Position numbers and translations under genes: made by a program. Positions 30,314-39,880 of a stretch of DNA of 49,058 nt are shown here, one piece after another (within the stretch, counting starts at the first letter, position 1; every line of letters starts with the position of its first letter). This stretch comes from Bdellovibrionales bacterium RIFOXYD12_FULL_39_22 (GTDB lineage Bacteria; Bdellovibrionota; Bacteriovoracia; Bacteriovoracales; Bacteriovoracaceae). The notes under the pieces were generated by a model. The model saw only the letters and a program-made list of their open reading frames with translations. It was not told the DNA's origin and ran no database searches. Where the stretch lies: positions 62,001 to 111,058 of the forward strand of contig MEQL01000037.1 in assembly GCA_001770205.1 (NCBI GenBank), written 5' to 3'.

Positions 30314-31210
30314 TTATTTTTGTCCTAGAAATGCCTGTAATGCCAATGGAACACCCGCAATAATAAACACCGTAGGTACGATTAAAAAGATTGTCGGCAG
30401 TAATATTTTTGTTGCGGCCGTTGCGCCAGCTTTTTCAATGGCCGAGGAACGTTTTTGTCTTATTTCTGCAGAAAGTGATTTTAAAATAGGGCCGATATTA
30501 GCACCAACGGAATCGGCGGCAATAAGGGTTGCACAAAAAGAAGACATCTGAATGAGATCAACTCGCCAGGCCATATTGCGCAAGGCCTCTGCCCGGCTGG
30601 CGCCAATTTTAATTTCACGAGTTACAATTCCAAATTCTTCAGTAAGCGGATTTTTTGTTGCTTTCTCAATAACTTTTCCCATGGCGGCAATAAAATCAAG
30701 TCCGGCCTCTACGGAAAGTGCCAACATATCAACAGCAAATGGCATGTTGTATATAATATCTTTTTGTCGTTGCTTTATTTTTCCATTTATCCAGATATTG
30801 GGATAATAGTAACCAATAACGGCCATGGGAATCATCATTTTTAATTCCCAATCTGCCTCTAGAAAATATTTAATGGCCATGAAAAGAATGGGAAAACCAA
30901 TAATTAAAAAAAGCTTGAATGAGTAGAAATCCTCAGGTGTTAAATAGTTTGATATTCCCGCACTAGCAATAACTCGTCGGTAGCGCTCTTTTATCTTTTT
31001 TTTATTTTTCATCATGCTGACAATTGGTGTTATGTAGCGTTTGAAAAATGGGCGAGAATATTTAAGAATTATTCCATATTGGCCAATATCCGCCTTGGCA
31101 CTATCCTCAAGTTTCTCTTGGGCCTTAAATTGATCTTCTTCTTGGAAGATATTATTTGCTACGACAAATACCGCGATACCAACAAGTATGACGGCCGACC
31201 AAAACAGCAT
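30314..31210 (-). CDS. tadC: Tad pilus inner-membrane platform protein (TadC-like, T2SS F family)
   Basis: P.AVDMLALSVEAGL, GASRAEALR.MA.R, G..I...L...S.E.R..R and K.LLP motifs. Confidence 0.88.
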   Translation of the reverse strand: MLFWSAVILVGIAVFVVANNIFQEEDQFKAQEKLEDSAKADIGQYGIILKYSRPFFKRYITPIVSMMKNKKKIKERYRRVIASAGISNYLTPEDFYSFKLFLIIGFPILFMAIKYFLEADWELKMMIPMAVIGYYYPNIWINGKIKQRQKDIIYNMPFAVDMLALSVEAGLDFIAAMGKVIEKATKNPLTEEFGIVTREIKIGASRAEALRNMAWRVDLIQMSSFCATLIAADSVGANIGPILKSLSAEIRQKRSSAIEKAGATAATKILLPTIFLIVPTVFIIAGVPLALQAFLGQK

Positions 31211-31292
31211 AGTATGCCTCCTAATAGTAATATCTTACCAGATATATTGAGGTTGGTTGAGCGGCGGAAATAAAATCCTTATTGGGGCCGAT

Positions 31293-32387
31293 TTAAGTTA
31301 TTGGCCGAGTTTTTTGCTCTTCGATTTTGCTAGTTATTTCTTTTAAGAAAATTTGCGCTGGTTTTGAATTGATCTTGCTTTCAATTTCTGGAATGTAAAT
31401 AGGGCGATACTCTTTTAAATATTCTTCTTTTCGTTTCGATATTCTATCAAGTTTATCTGTTATAGTTGAATTTTTTATTTTTTTGATTTTGATGGCCTCA
31501 TTTATTGCATTCAAAGCAATTTCTGCCTGGGCCATATCGCGATAAATAAGCATGTCGGTACCAGCATTAATGGCCATTACCGCTGCATCACCGACACTAA
31601 ATTTATCAGTGATGGCCGCCATTTGCATATCATCGGTGACAATAATATTTTTGAAGCGCATTTCGTTTCTAATAATTTTATACATTGTCTCAGAAAGTGT
31701 GGCAGGATTTTTTTCATCGATAGCATCTACTGTCAAATGAGATACCATAACAAATTCTACTCGAGATTTTATTGCCTTAACAAAGGGAACAAATTCTACT
31801 TTCTTTAATTCTTCTAGTGAAGTTTTCACAATGACTGAATTGGTGTGAGTGTCTTTGGTGGCAGACCCGTGTCCTGGGAAATGTTTGGCACAGGCCAGAA
31901 TATTATTGGTTTGTAGGCCGCGAATGGCAGAGGAAACAAATTTTTCTACGACATCTGGCCGATCAGAAAAGGCACGATCGCCGATGGCCTTATTGGCCGG
32001 ATTAGTCAAAACATCGCAACAAGGAGTCAAGTTTACGTTTATTCCACAGGCGGCCAATTCTTGCGCCATAATTTGATGAACCTCAAAGCAAATTTTGGGA
32101 GAATCTAGCATCGCGATATCTTGCATAGGTGGAAATTGAGTAAAATGTTTTTTGAAACGAATTACTCGTCCACCTTCGTGGTCTGTTGCAATAAAGAGAG
32201 GGAAATTTTGTCTTAGCTGCTGGATGGAATTAACTAATTCGGCCAGCTGGGCAGGGGATTCATAATTTTTTGTAAACAGAATAACTCCACCAATGTTTTG
32301 TTCTTCAATGAATTTTTTTTCCACACTGGTTAGAACTTTATCTGAAATACCAGTAAAAATAAGTTGTCCACTACTTAACATATGCAA
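31293..32387 (-). CDS. nagZ: Beta-N-acetylhexosaminidase (GH3, NagZ)
   Basis: GGVILF..N, DHEGGRV.R, KHFPGHG....DTH and TDDM.M motifs. Confidence 0.93.
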   Translation of the reverse strand: MHMLSSGQLIFTGISDKVLTSVEKKFIEEQNIGGVILFTKNYESPAQLAELVNSIQQLRQNFPLFIATDHEGGRVIRFKKHFTQFPPMQDIAMLDSPKICFEVHQIMAQELAACGINVNLTPCCDVLTNPANKAIGDRAFSDRPDVVEKFVSSAIRGLQTNNILACAKHFPGHGSATKDTHTNSVIVKTSLEELKKVEFVPFVKAIKSRVEFVMVSHLTVDAIDEKNPATLSETMYKIIRNEMRFKNIIVTDDMQMAAITDKFSVGDAAVMAINAGTDMLIYRDMAQAEIALNAINEAIKIKKIKNSTITDKLDRISKRKEEYLKEYRPIYIPEIESKINSKPAQIFLKEITSKIEEQKTRPIT

Positions 32388-32468
32388 TCCTTCGGTTGGA
32401 GTATGACGTTTTTAAATTATACATAGTTCAGTTTACTTTTCAAGTCAGGGCAGAGGAGACCACAACAA

Positions 32469-33395
32469 CTATTCTTCAAAGGGATCGGCCAGGGGATCAT
32501 CTAGTGGTTGCTCTGTAAATTTAGATGGCGTTGGAGTTTTTTTATCAACGGAATCATCAGCAATATCTTTTGTAGAAGAATCCCTTTTTATCATAGAAAA
32601 TCCTTGAGAAACCCAAAACATTTTTGCCAATGCTCCATTATGTTCAAAAACATAGAAGATAACCTGATTCGCAAATGTTAGAGAAAATCGAATCTCATCA
32701 TTTTCAGTATAACCGTCAAAACTAAGCTCGGCAGCAGTAAAGACTTCTGCCGGCATTTCCAAGTACTGCTCTTGAAGATATGGATATCCGTCCCAAATGA
32801 TATGAAGATTCATCATTCCAGAATCTGCGGCGGCGGCCTTGGTAAAAAAGGAGGTTGCTTGGATACATTCGACTAGTTGATTAAAAAAGCAATATATTCC
32901 CATTCCTGGAGGAAAAGGAACACTTTTTTTTCCATTCCACTGTAATTCAGGCCCTCGCATTGTTATGTCCAGTGATTTCGTCTTAGTGTTAGTTTTCATT
33001 TCGGTGAAATATTTTTGGCCATCAAACCAAACAGTGTATTGAGAAATTTTAGGCCGCAATGCCGGAATAGTTTTCTTTAAAACTCCAGAGGTTGAGATAG
33101 TAATACTTTTCTCCACAATTTTTTTGCTAGCACTGTTTTGTTTTTTTTCAGGATTGGAATCAAGAGAGATGCTTTTTTTAAGAATAAATTCGTTGGTGGA
33201 TTTTTTGAAAGCGAACTCTCGAGATACCAGGAAGTTTCCAGAACGATCAGATAGAGAAAAGGTATCGCTACCTTTTTTATCGCTAATCACAGAAAAAGTA
33301 GTTTCTATTTTTTTATTAAAATTAAATAAAGAGCAAGCTGATAAAAGAGTCAGCACTAGAAGTTTTGTTAGTATGGGAAATAATGATGTCCTCAT
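32469..33395 (-). CDS. Hypothetical lipoprotein, beta-rich
   Basis: Lipobox LSA-C; 308 aa ORF co-oriented and tightly spaced with its neighbours. Confidence 0.75.
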   Translation of the reverse strand: MRTSLFPILTKLLVLTLLSACSLFNFNKKIETTFSVISDKKGSDTFSLSDRSGNFLVSREFAFKKSTNEFILKKSISLDSNPEKKQNSASKKIVEKSITISTSGVLKKTIPALRPKISQYTVWFDGQKYFTEMKTNTKTKSLDITMRGPELQWNGKKSVPFPPGMGIYCFFNQLVECIQATSFFTKAAAADSGMMNLHIIWDGYPYLQEQYLEMPAEVFTAAELSFDGYTENDEIRFSLTFANQVIFYVFEHNGALAKMFWVSQGFSMIKRDSSTKDIADDSVDKKTPTPSKFTEQPLDDPLADPFEE

Positions 33396-33398
33396 AAA

Positions 33399-34241
33399 TT
33401 AAGAGATAAAGGTACTAAATTCATTTTCCAATTGTGTTCGTTCAAAAGCATCCTCTTCGGTTATTTTCTTAAAAAATTCTATTGGACGACTATCCTGCCA
33501 TTTAGTCTCTAGTCCAATTTTGAACATCTTTATAGAGGCTGCTCGGGGATCGACATAGTCAACTATATATATAACGTTGGCACTATCAATGACAAAGGTC
33601 TCGTTTTCAAAACGTAGAGATAAGTTGCGGATTGTACTGTTGCGCTCTAAAAAATCACGTTCGATGCGATTGGCCATAATGGAAATTCCAACTGAAGAGA
33701 TATCCAGGCAGCGAAACTGTTTTGTGGTAGAAAAAGTATCATCTAGCTTGTTAGTGATTTGAGAAATTACGTTCCCTTGATGTTTAATATTTTCGGAAAA
33801 TTTTTTTTTGGCAATAGAAACGACATTGTCATCGGATTCTTTGACAATTTGCAGAATAATGTAGGCGCTGCGATGAGGAAATGTAATTATTCTGTCGCTC
33901 ACCCTTTTTTCGTATTTATATGAAGCATCTAATATTTCAAAAAAAATATTTTTTTGCTCATTTATTACTGCCCTTCCTTTGGAAAAAAATTTCATGTTAC
34001 TAACTTGAAAAAAAGAATTTAGGGTTTGACCTAAAAGAGTTGACGGAAGCGGTGTGTTCTTTCGGAAAAGGACTAATATTTTGTTATCAGTGAAGATAAC
34101 GTTGTCAATTTCTAATGAAATTGCTGGCTGATTTTTTTGCCAAATGTAGAACGGTGAACGGTTGCGTAGAAGCTGCTGAAATTTACTGGCCTGCTCCTTA
34201 CTATTTAGCTTGATAAATTTATGCGAGATGTCGTTGGCCAT
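33399..34241 (-). CDS. PilZ-domain (YcgR-like) c-di-GMP receptor candidate
   Basis: RxxxR (KRVSDR) and DxSxxG (DISSVG) motifs after an N-terminal beta domain. Confidence 0.7.
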   Translation of the reverse strand: MANDISHKFIKLNSKEQASKFQQLLRNRSPFYIWQKNQPAISLEIDNVIFTDNKILVLFRKNTPLPSTLLGQTLNSFFQVSNMKFFSKGRAVINEQKNIFFEILDASYKYEKRVSDRIITFPHRSAYIILQIVKESDDNVVSIAKKKFSENIKHQGNVISQITNKLDDTFSTTKQFRCLDISSVGISIMANRIERDFLERNSTIRNLSLRFENETFVIDSANVIYIVDYVDPRAASIKMFKIGLETKWQDSRPIEFFKKITEEDAFERTQLENEFSTFIS

Positions 34242-34272
34242 GGACGATCCCTGTTATGGGAGATTTATTAAA

Positions 34273-35310
34273 CTAGTATAGTGTTGCCACTTGGCGGAGT
34301 AACGCGATGGATTCAAGACATTTGCCACATCCACGAACTACACAGGTTAGTGGATCTTCCGCCAAAGATACTGGTAGGCCAGTTTTTTCCTTTATTAAAA
34401 CATCAAGATTGGCCAACAGAGATCCTCCGCCAGAGAGAATGATTCCATTGTCTACAATATCTGCTGCAAGCTCAGGTGGCGTTTTTTCTAGCGATACCTT
34501 GATTGCCTCGACAACCTCATTAACAGCATCGGAGAGAGCATCTCTTATTTCATCAGAGGTAACCTCAATAATTTTGGGGGCACCAGCGATCAAATCCCTT
34601 CCTTTTACTTCGTAAGTCTTAACTTCATCATCAAACGGGTATGCATTACCAATATGAATTTTTATAAGTTCAGCGGTACGATCACCAATTAGTAGAGAAT
34701 ATTTTTTCTTAATGTACGAGGAAATAGCATTATCAAACTTATCTCCGGCCACACGAACAGATTTAGAATAAACGATACCACCCAATGAGATCACTGCAAC
34801 TTCGGTGGTTCCTCCTCCAATATCTACAATCATATTTCCTGAAGGATCCGTAATGGGTAGTCCGGCCCCAATGGCGGCGGCCATCGGTTCTTCTACTAAG
34901 AAAACTTCGCGCGCACCGGCCTGTTCTGCAGATTCCTTAACCGCACGCTTTTCTACCTGTGTAATCCCAAACGGGATACAGATGATTATGCGTGGTTTGA
35001 TCAATTTAGATCCGGATAGAGATTTTTGAATAAAATGGTGAAGCATCTCTTGAGTAACTTCAAAATCTGCAATAACACCGTCTTTCATTGGCCTAATTGC
35101 TTTTATGGATCCAGGTGTTTTTCCTAGCATTTTTTTTGCTTCTAGGCCCACCGCTAATACTTTTGTTATCCCCGAAGGACCTTGGTGAACAGCAACTACC
35201 GAGGGTTCGTTTACAATTATTCCTCGATCTTTAGCGTAAACCAGTGTGTTAGCAGTGCCAAGATCAATCGCTAGATCATGCGAGAACCAATCCATAAACT
35301 TCGTAAACAT
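34273..35310 (-). CDS. mreB: Rod shape-determining actin homologue MreB
   Basis: [25 protein letters not shown] and DIGGGTT motifs. Confidence 0.98.
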   Translation of the reverse strand: MFTKFMDWFSHDLAIDLGTANTLVYAKDRGIIVNEPSVVAVHQGPSGITKVLAVGLEAKKMLGKTPGSIKAIRPMKDGVIADFEVTQEMLHHFIQKSLSGSKLIKPRIIICIPFGITQVEKRAVKESAEQAGAREVFLVEEPMAAAIGAGLPITDPSGNMIVDIGGGTTEVAVISLGGIVYSKSVRVAGDKFDNAISSYIKKKYSLLIGDRTAELIKIHIGNAYPFDDEVKTYEVKGRDLIAGAPKIIEVTSDEIRDALSDAVNEVVEAIKVSLEKTPPELAADIVDNGIILSGGGSLLANLDVLIKEKTGLPVSLAEDPLTCVVRGCGKCLESIALLRQVATLY

Positions 35311-35331
35311 AAATAAACCTCTTATTCAAAA

Positions 35332-36267
35332 TCACCATTGGTAGTGCCGGATAGTTTCACCGCGTTCGGCGATGTCGGCCATGGCCTCAATACCCAACTC
35401 TATGTGTATATCAGTATACTTCTTAAATACAAGTTTGGCAGATTTTTTTGTTTTGATCCCATCCTTTTTAAGTGGACAGTCAGAAACCAAAAGAAGTGCC
35501 CCCACATTTACTTTACTCACAAAGCAAGTGGTGAAAAGTGCTGCTGATTCCATTTCTACGCCAAGAACTCGTTCTTCAACCAAGTTGCTTTTGAATTTGT
35601 CATCGAACTCCCAAAAGCGAAAATCAGTTGAGTGAATTGTTCCAGTTCTGTAGTCATAGCCGTGTTCAACTAAGATTTGGCTAACAAATTTTTGGATTTT
35701 GAAGGTAGGAAGGGCCGGAACTTGTGGCGGTAAAAAGTGCCCAGATACGCCCTCTCCTCGAATAGAGGCGATGGGAAGAATAAAGTCGCCAACGTTTAGA
35801 GAAGGATGTACGGCACCACACATTCCCAGAAACAGCACGGCCTTTGGTTCAGTTACCGCCAAAAGCTCCCCGATTAGGGCGGCCATCGCTGAGCCAATGC
35901 CAAACTCCACAATAGTTACTTGGGCCTTTTTAGAGGTAGAGGCCTGGAATGCTGACCCAGTGGTGTGATAAGAATCCTTGAGAAGGCCATTAAAGCGCTT
36001 GGTGTAGTAGTTGAAATTAGTGACAATGATCTGTTTTTGAAACATGTGGATGGGGTGGCCAGTGTATCTTTCCAACATATCCAATGCAATTTTTCGTTTA
36101 GAGTCATTTCCGTGAATGCGCCTTGATTTTAGTAGAAATTTTTTAATTTCGGGGGAGAATTCGGCTAAATTAGTGAAGGCCGCAAATTTGTTTAATTCGG
36201 CCAGCGTTGTAATTGCTGTAGAGGGAATTTTTTTTGATGGAGAGTCAGATTTAGGTTTTTTTGTCAT
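35332..36267 (-). CDS. amn: AMP nucleosidase (short PNP_UDP type)
   Basis: LERYTG, LFLGMCG, RGEG.S..F.PP..PALP, RFWEFD and EMESA motifs. Confidence 0.88.
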   Translation of the reverse strand: MTKKPKSDSPSKKIPSTAITTLAELNKFAAFTNLAEFSPEIKKFLLKSRRIHGNDSKRKIALDMLERYTGHPIHMFQKQIIVTNFNYYTKRFNGLLKDSYHTTGSAFQASTSKKAQVTIVEFGIGSAMAALIGELLAVTEPKAVLFLGMCGAVHPSLNVGDFILPIASIRGEGVSGHFLPPQVPALPTFKIQKFVSQILVEHGYDYRTGTIHSTDFRFWEFDDKFKSNLVEERVLGVEMESAALFTTCFVSKVNVGALLLVSDCPLKKDGIKTKKSAKLVFKKYTDIHIELGIEAMADIAERGETIRHYQW

Positions 36268-36456
36268 TGTATTTCACACGCACGTTCGCCAATTTTTTTT
36301 CAAGAAAACTACTTAGCATAAATTTATCACTGCGCCTGTTTTATTGACAACAACAAATTTCAAAAGGCCTTCGCAAAATAATCTTGTCATAGTAGCACGA
36401 TTTACATACTATCTCATTTTGTAAAATCTAACCTTATAAAAACGGAGATGATGATA

Positions 36457-36558
36457 ATGGGAATGGGAAGAAAAAAATCCGCATTAAAAATGAAACGTAA
36501 AAAGGCCCAGGCGAAACACAAGGCAAGAATCAAAAAAAAGATAGTCGCTAAAAAATAG
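36457..36558 (+). CDS. Small highly basic protein (33 aa), below the ORF-track cutoff
   Basis: GGAG RBS at 36444-36447; MGMGRKKSALKMKRKKAQAKHKARIKKKIVAKK*; fills the amn/LpoA-like intergenic gap. Confidence 0.7.
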   Translation: MGMGRKKSALKMKRKKAQAKHKARIKKKIVAKK

Positions 36559-36588
36559 TCAAAAACAGTTTTTCAGTAACAGCTCAAA

Positions 36589-38610
36589 TCAAATTGATGA
36601 GTTTGTTGTTGTCTCAGCAGAAGAGGCGGGAGGGTTGCTGTTGTCAAAAGGGCGAACCTCCCCGCGATATAACTTAAAAATATCCATTATTTTGATCCAG
36701 GCCTTTTCTTTCAGCGTCCATTTTCCGGTTATTCCTTCGAGTGAACTTATTTCGCGGATATGGATATCTAATTCATCCCTAGTCGATATTTTCAGTCCAT
36801 TACCTATTATTTTTTCTACAATATTCATCGCATCATAAGATTGCATTTCTACAACCTTTGGAACTTTTTTATAGGCCTTGAAAAAACCATTGGTGAATAC
36901 TTGATCATCGCTTGTTTCTTCACCATCTCCTATAAAGTAGAGCTTCCCTAGTTTAATACTCTCTTTTGCCAACATTGGACTATTCCAGCTTGGATTGCCA
37001 ATAAAGTTAATCTTAAAGGCATCGTAATAATTAAAAGAGGGTAGAATTTGTAGTGCTTCGTTAGGAAGAGAAGGTACAAAAATCCAATCAAAATCAATTT
37101 GAGGAGGGAGAGTTTGAATACGCTTTGTCGAAGAGTGTTTTTCTTGAGAATAGACTTCCTTATATATATCGAGTTCTTCTTGACGCTCGCGATTAAATTT
37201 GAGGCCCAAAATATTTGCTACATAATCACGATAGTCTGTTACGTTCTCATCGTATGCTATTGCGCCAGCAATCTCAACACCAACTGCCTGGGATTTATTC
37301 CAAAATTCATTTACGTAGGCAGTCCCTCGATCGTTTTTGGGATAGATTATTGCTCCTTTTTTGCCCAATTCATCAATGATTTGAGAAGAGAATAACAATT
37401 CCATCTGAGATTCAACACTTCCAGGTATTTCAATTAATAGATGATCTTTCATTTCCCTGGGAAGATAGATTTGGGATAAGGAGATAAAAAGCACGCCATG
37501 TTTTTTTGCTTCTAAATATTCTTTAATGGCCTCATTAGAAAACAGGCCGCCGATAATTACACTAACATGATATCTATCAATTAGATTTTTAACGCTAAAG
37601 CTCCCGATCGCCCCACTTTCTCTCGAGTCTTCTATGTATAGCTTATATTTTTCTTGCGACTGGTTGTTTTTTTTATTTAAATTGGCCAAGGCGTAATCGA
37701 TACCTGTCATGGCCCGCTTACCATACTTCCCTCGCTCACCAGACAAAGGAAGGATTACTCCAATTGCTAGTGGATCAATTTGGGCATGGCCGGCCACCTT
37801 TAGAAAAAAACTATTGGCCATCTCTTTAACTTCCGGAAAGCTTGTAGATTTTTTGTCCACCCATTGTAAAAGATCTCTCGCAGAATCTTTATCCCCGGCA
37901 TAGTAGAGTTTTTCTACTTCTAAAAAACCAAGATATGCTACGCATAGATAGTTATTGTCTTCAAAATCATCCAGGATTCTCATTTTCTCGCTGTAAGATA
38001 ATTTAGAAAAATCAGCAAGCAGAAAGTCGAAATTTTTATCAGAACGCAAGGCCGCAATGGATTGCTTTTCGCCCAGGTAGCGCATTAGCGAAATCATAGC
38101 ATCTCTTCCCTGGCCAGATCTTTTGGCCAATTCGTAGTAGAGCAGATGATATTTGGTCAACTCTTCATTGGCCAATTGTGCGGAGTCTATCGCTTTGGCG
38201 ATTTCAAAGGACTTTTGTATTTGGGAAAGCTTGAAATAACTGCTGGCATTGTTGAGATTGATTTGAGCTGTTAATGCCCCATCGTCTTTAGAGGTTGAAA
38301 GGGCCAAGTCAAAATTAAAAATGGCCTGCTCGAATTGTTGCTGTGAATAGAGTATAACACCCATTAAGTTTCGACGCATGGCCTTTTCACAAGGTAAAAA
38401 CCTAGAATCATCCATGCCTTTTAGAGTGGCCAGGGCCTGTCCACTCTTTCCAGATCTATATAATTCCTTTATCTCATTTATTTTTTGTACAAATGGGGGT
38501 GAGTAGAGATCGGGATTTCCGGTATTATCGGAAAGTGGTTTTATTCCGGCGCAACCGGCCAAAAACATGGCCATAATAATTACGTTGGAGATAATTGATT
38601 TAATGCTCAT
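36589..38610 (-). CDS. LpoA/LppC-like lipoprotein (TPR plus periplasmic binding protein type 1 fold)
   Basis: Lipobox LAG-C; TPR helices; IGVILPLSG, IIGGL, FDWIFVP and EGITG segments. Confidence 0.8.
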   Translation of the reverse strand: MSIKSIISNVIIMAMFLAGCAGIKPLSDNTGNPDLYSPPFVQKINEIKELYRSGKSGQALATLKGMDDSRFLPCEKAMRRNLMGVILYSQQQFEQAIFNFDLALSTSKDDGALTAQINLNNASSYFKLSQIQKSFEIAKAIDSAQLANEELTKYHLLYYELAKRSGQGRDAMISLMRYLGEKQSIAALRSDKNFDFLLADFSKLSYSEKMRILDDFEDNNYLCVAYLGFLEVEKLYYAGDKDSARDLLQWVDKKSTSFPEVKEMANSFFLKVAGHAQIDPLAIGVILPLSGERGKYGKRAMTGIDYALANLNKKNNQSQEKYKLYIEDSRESGAIGSFSVKNLIDRYHVSVIIGGLFSNEAIKEYLEAKKHGVLFISLSQIYLPREMKDHLLIEIPGSVESQMELLFSSQIIDELGKKGAIIYPKNDRGTAYVNEFWNKSQAVGVEIAGAIAYDENVTDYRDYVANILGLKFNRERQEELDIYKEVYSQEKHSSTKRIQTLPPQIDFDWIFVPSLPNEALQILPSFNYYDAFKINFIGNPSWNSPMLAKESIKLGKLYFIGDGEETSDDQVFTNGFFKAYKKVPKVVEMQSYDAMNIVEKIIGNGLKISTRDELDIHIREISSLEGITGKWTLKEKAWIKIMDIFKLYRGEVRPFDNSNPPASSAETTTNSSI

Positions 38611-38691
38611 TGCCGACGGTCCTTGTGGAAAAAGCTGATAAATAATCCGAAGATTACAAATGTAGAGTAAAATATAACTTATGTTTTGTAA

Positions 38692-39831
38692 CTACTGAAA
38701 CAAATCTTTAACTTTTTCAAAAAAACTACGGCCCATTGGATTGCAGCTAGTACAATCAAATTTGGAAAGTTGGCGGAATAGTTCTTTCTGTTCAGTACTT
38801 AACTTGGTTGGGGTTTCCACGTGTAGGGTTACAATTTGATCACCAATGCCGTAGCCACCTAATTGAGAAATACCTTTGGCCTTAAGGCGCATCTTTTTTC
38901 CTGATTGTGTGCCTGCCGGAATGTTCATGGAAACTTTACCATGAAGTGTTGGGACCTCCAGGTCTGTTCCAAGTGCTGCCTGTGAAAAACTGATTGGAAT
39001 AGTACAGTGTACTTCAAATCCATCTCGTTCAAAAAATGGATGATTTTGTACATCTATAATTACGTACAAATCGCCAGCCTCTCCCCCTTCTGATCCAGCA
39101 TCACCTTCGTTTGATAATTTTAATCGTTGGCCCTTATCAATCCCGGCCGGAACTTTAACCTCTAATTCAACTTTTTTGCGAGTAGTTCCACTTCCGCGAC
39201 AAGTAGTACAGGGGTTGGCAATCATTTGGCCCGAACCATGGCAGCGCGGACAAGTACTGGCCATTGTAAAAAAACCTTGCTGTCTTCGAACTTCGCCATA
39301 ACCATTACATTGCGAACAAGTAGTGGGAGCAGAACCTTTCTCCGCCCCGCTTCCCCCGCAAGTGTGACAGGTAACATTTTTGTTAACAGAAACTTTTTTA
39401 GTGCAACCAAAAGCAGCTTCTTCGAATTCAATAGATAACGACATTTGTAAATCATTGCCAGGACGGCCACGACTACGGCCACTGCTGCGGCGGCCTCTTC
39501 CGCCTCCGCCTCCCAGAAAGTCTCCAAAGATTTCGTTGAAAATATCTCCAAAATCTCCACTAAAACCTTGTGCTCCACCAAAGCCGCTAAAGCCTCCGCT
39601 ATTTCCATCTACTCCGGCATGGCCAAACTGATCGTAACGACTTTTTTTGCTGTCATCTAAAAGAATTTCTGCCGCCTCAGAAGCTTCTTTAAATTTTGCC
39701 TCTGCTTCCTTATTATCTGGATTGCGATCGGGGTGGTATTGCATCGCTAGCTTGCGATAAGCTTTTTTAATATCATCCTTGTTTGCGCCTTTACCAACCC
39801 CTAGCACCTCATAATAATCACGCTTGGCCAT
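38692..39831 (-). CDS. dnaJ: Chaperone DnaJ
   Basis: J-domain HPD, G/F region, four CxxCxGxG repeats. Confidence 0.98.
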   Translation of the reverse strand: MAKRDYYEVLGVGKGANKDDIKKAYRKLAMQYHPDRNPDNKEAEAKFKEASEAAEILLDDSKKSRYDQFGHAGVDGNSGGFSGFGGAQGFSGDFGDIFNEIFGDFLGGGGGRGRRSSGRSRGRPGNDLQMSLSIEFEEAAFGCTKKVSVNKNVTCHTCGGSGAEKGSAPTTCSQCNGYGEVRRQQGFFTMASTCPRCHGSGQMIANPCTTCRGSGTTRKKVELEVKVPAGIDKGQRLKLSNEGDAGSEGGEAGDLYVIIDVQNHPFFERDGFEVHCTIPISFSQAALGTDLEVPTLHGKVSMNIPAGTQSGKKMRLKAKGISQLGGYGIGDQIVTLHVETPTKLSTEQKELFRQLSKFDCTSCNPMGRSFFEKVKDLFQ

Positions 39832-39880
39832 ATATTTTCATCCTACATCTGTATTACGTCTATTCCGAAATTTATTTTGC

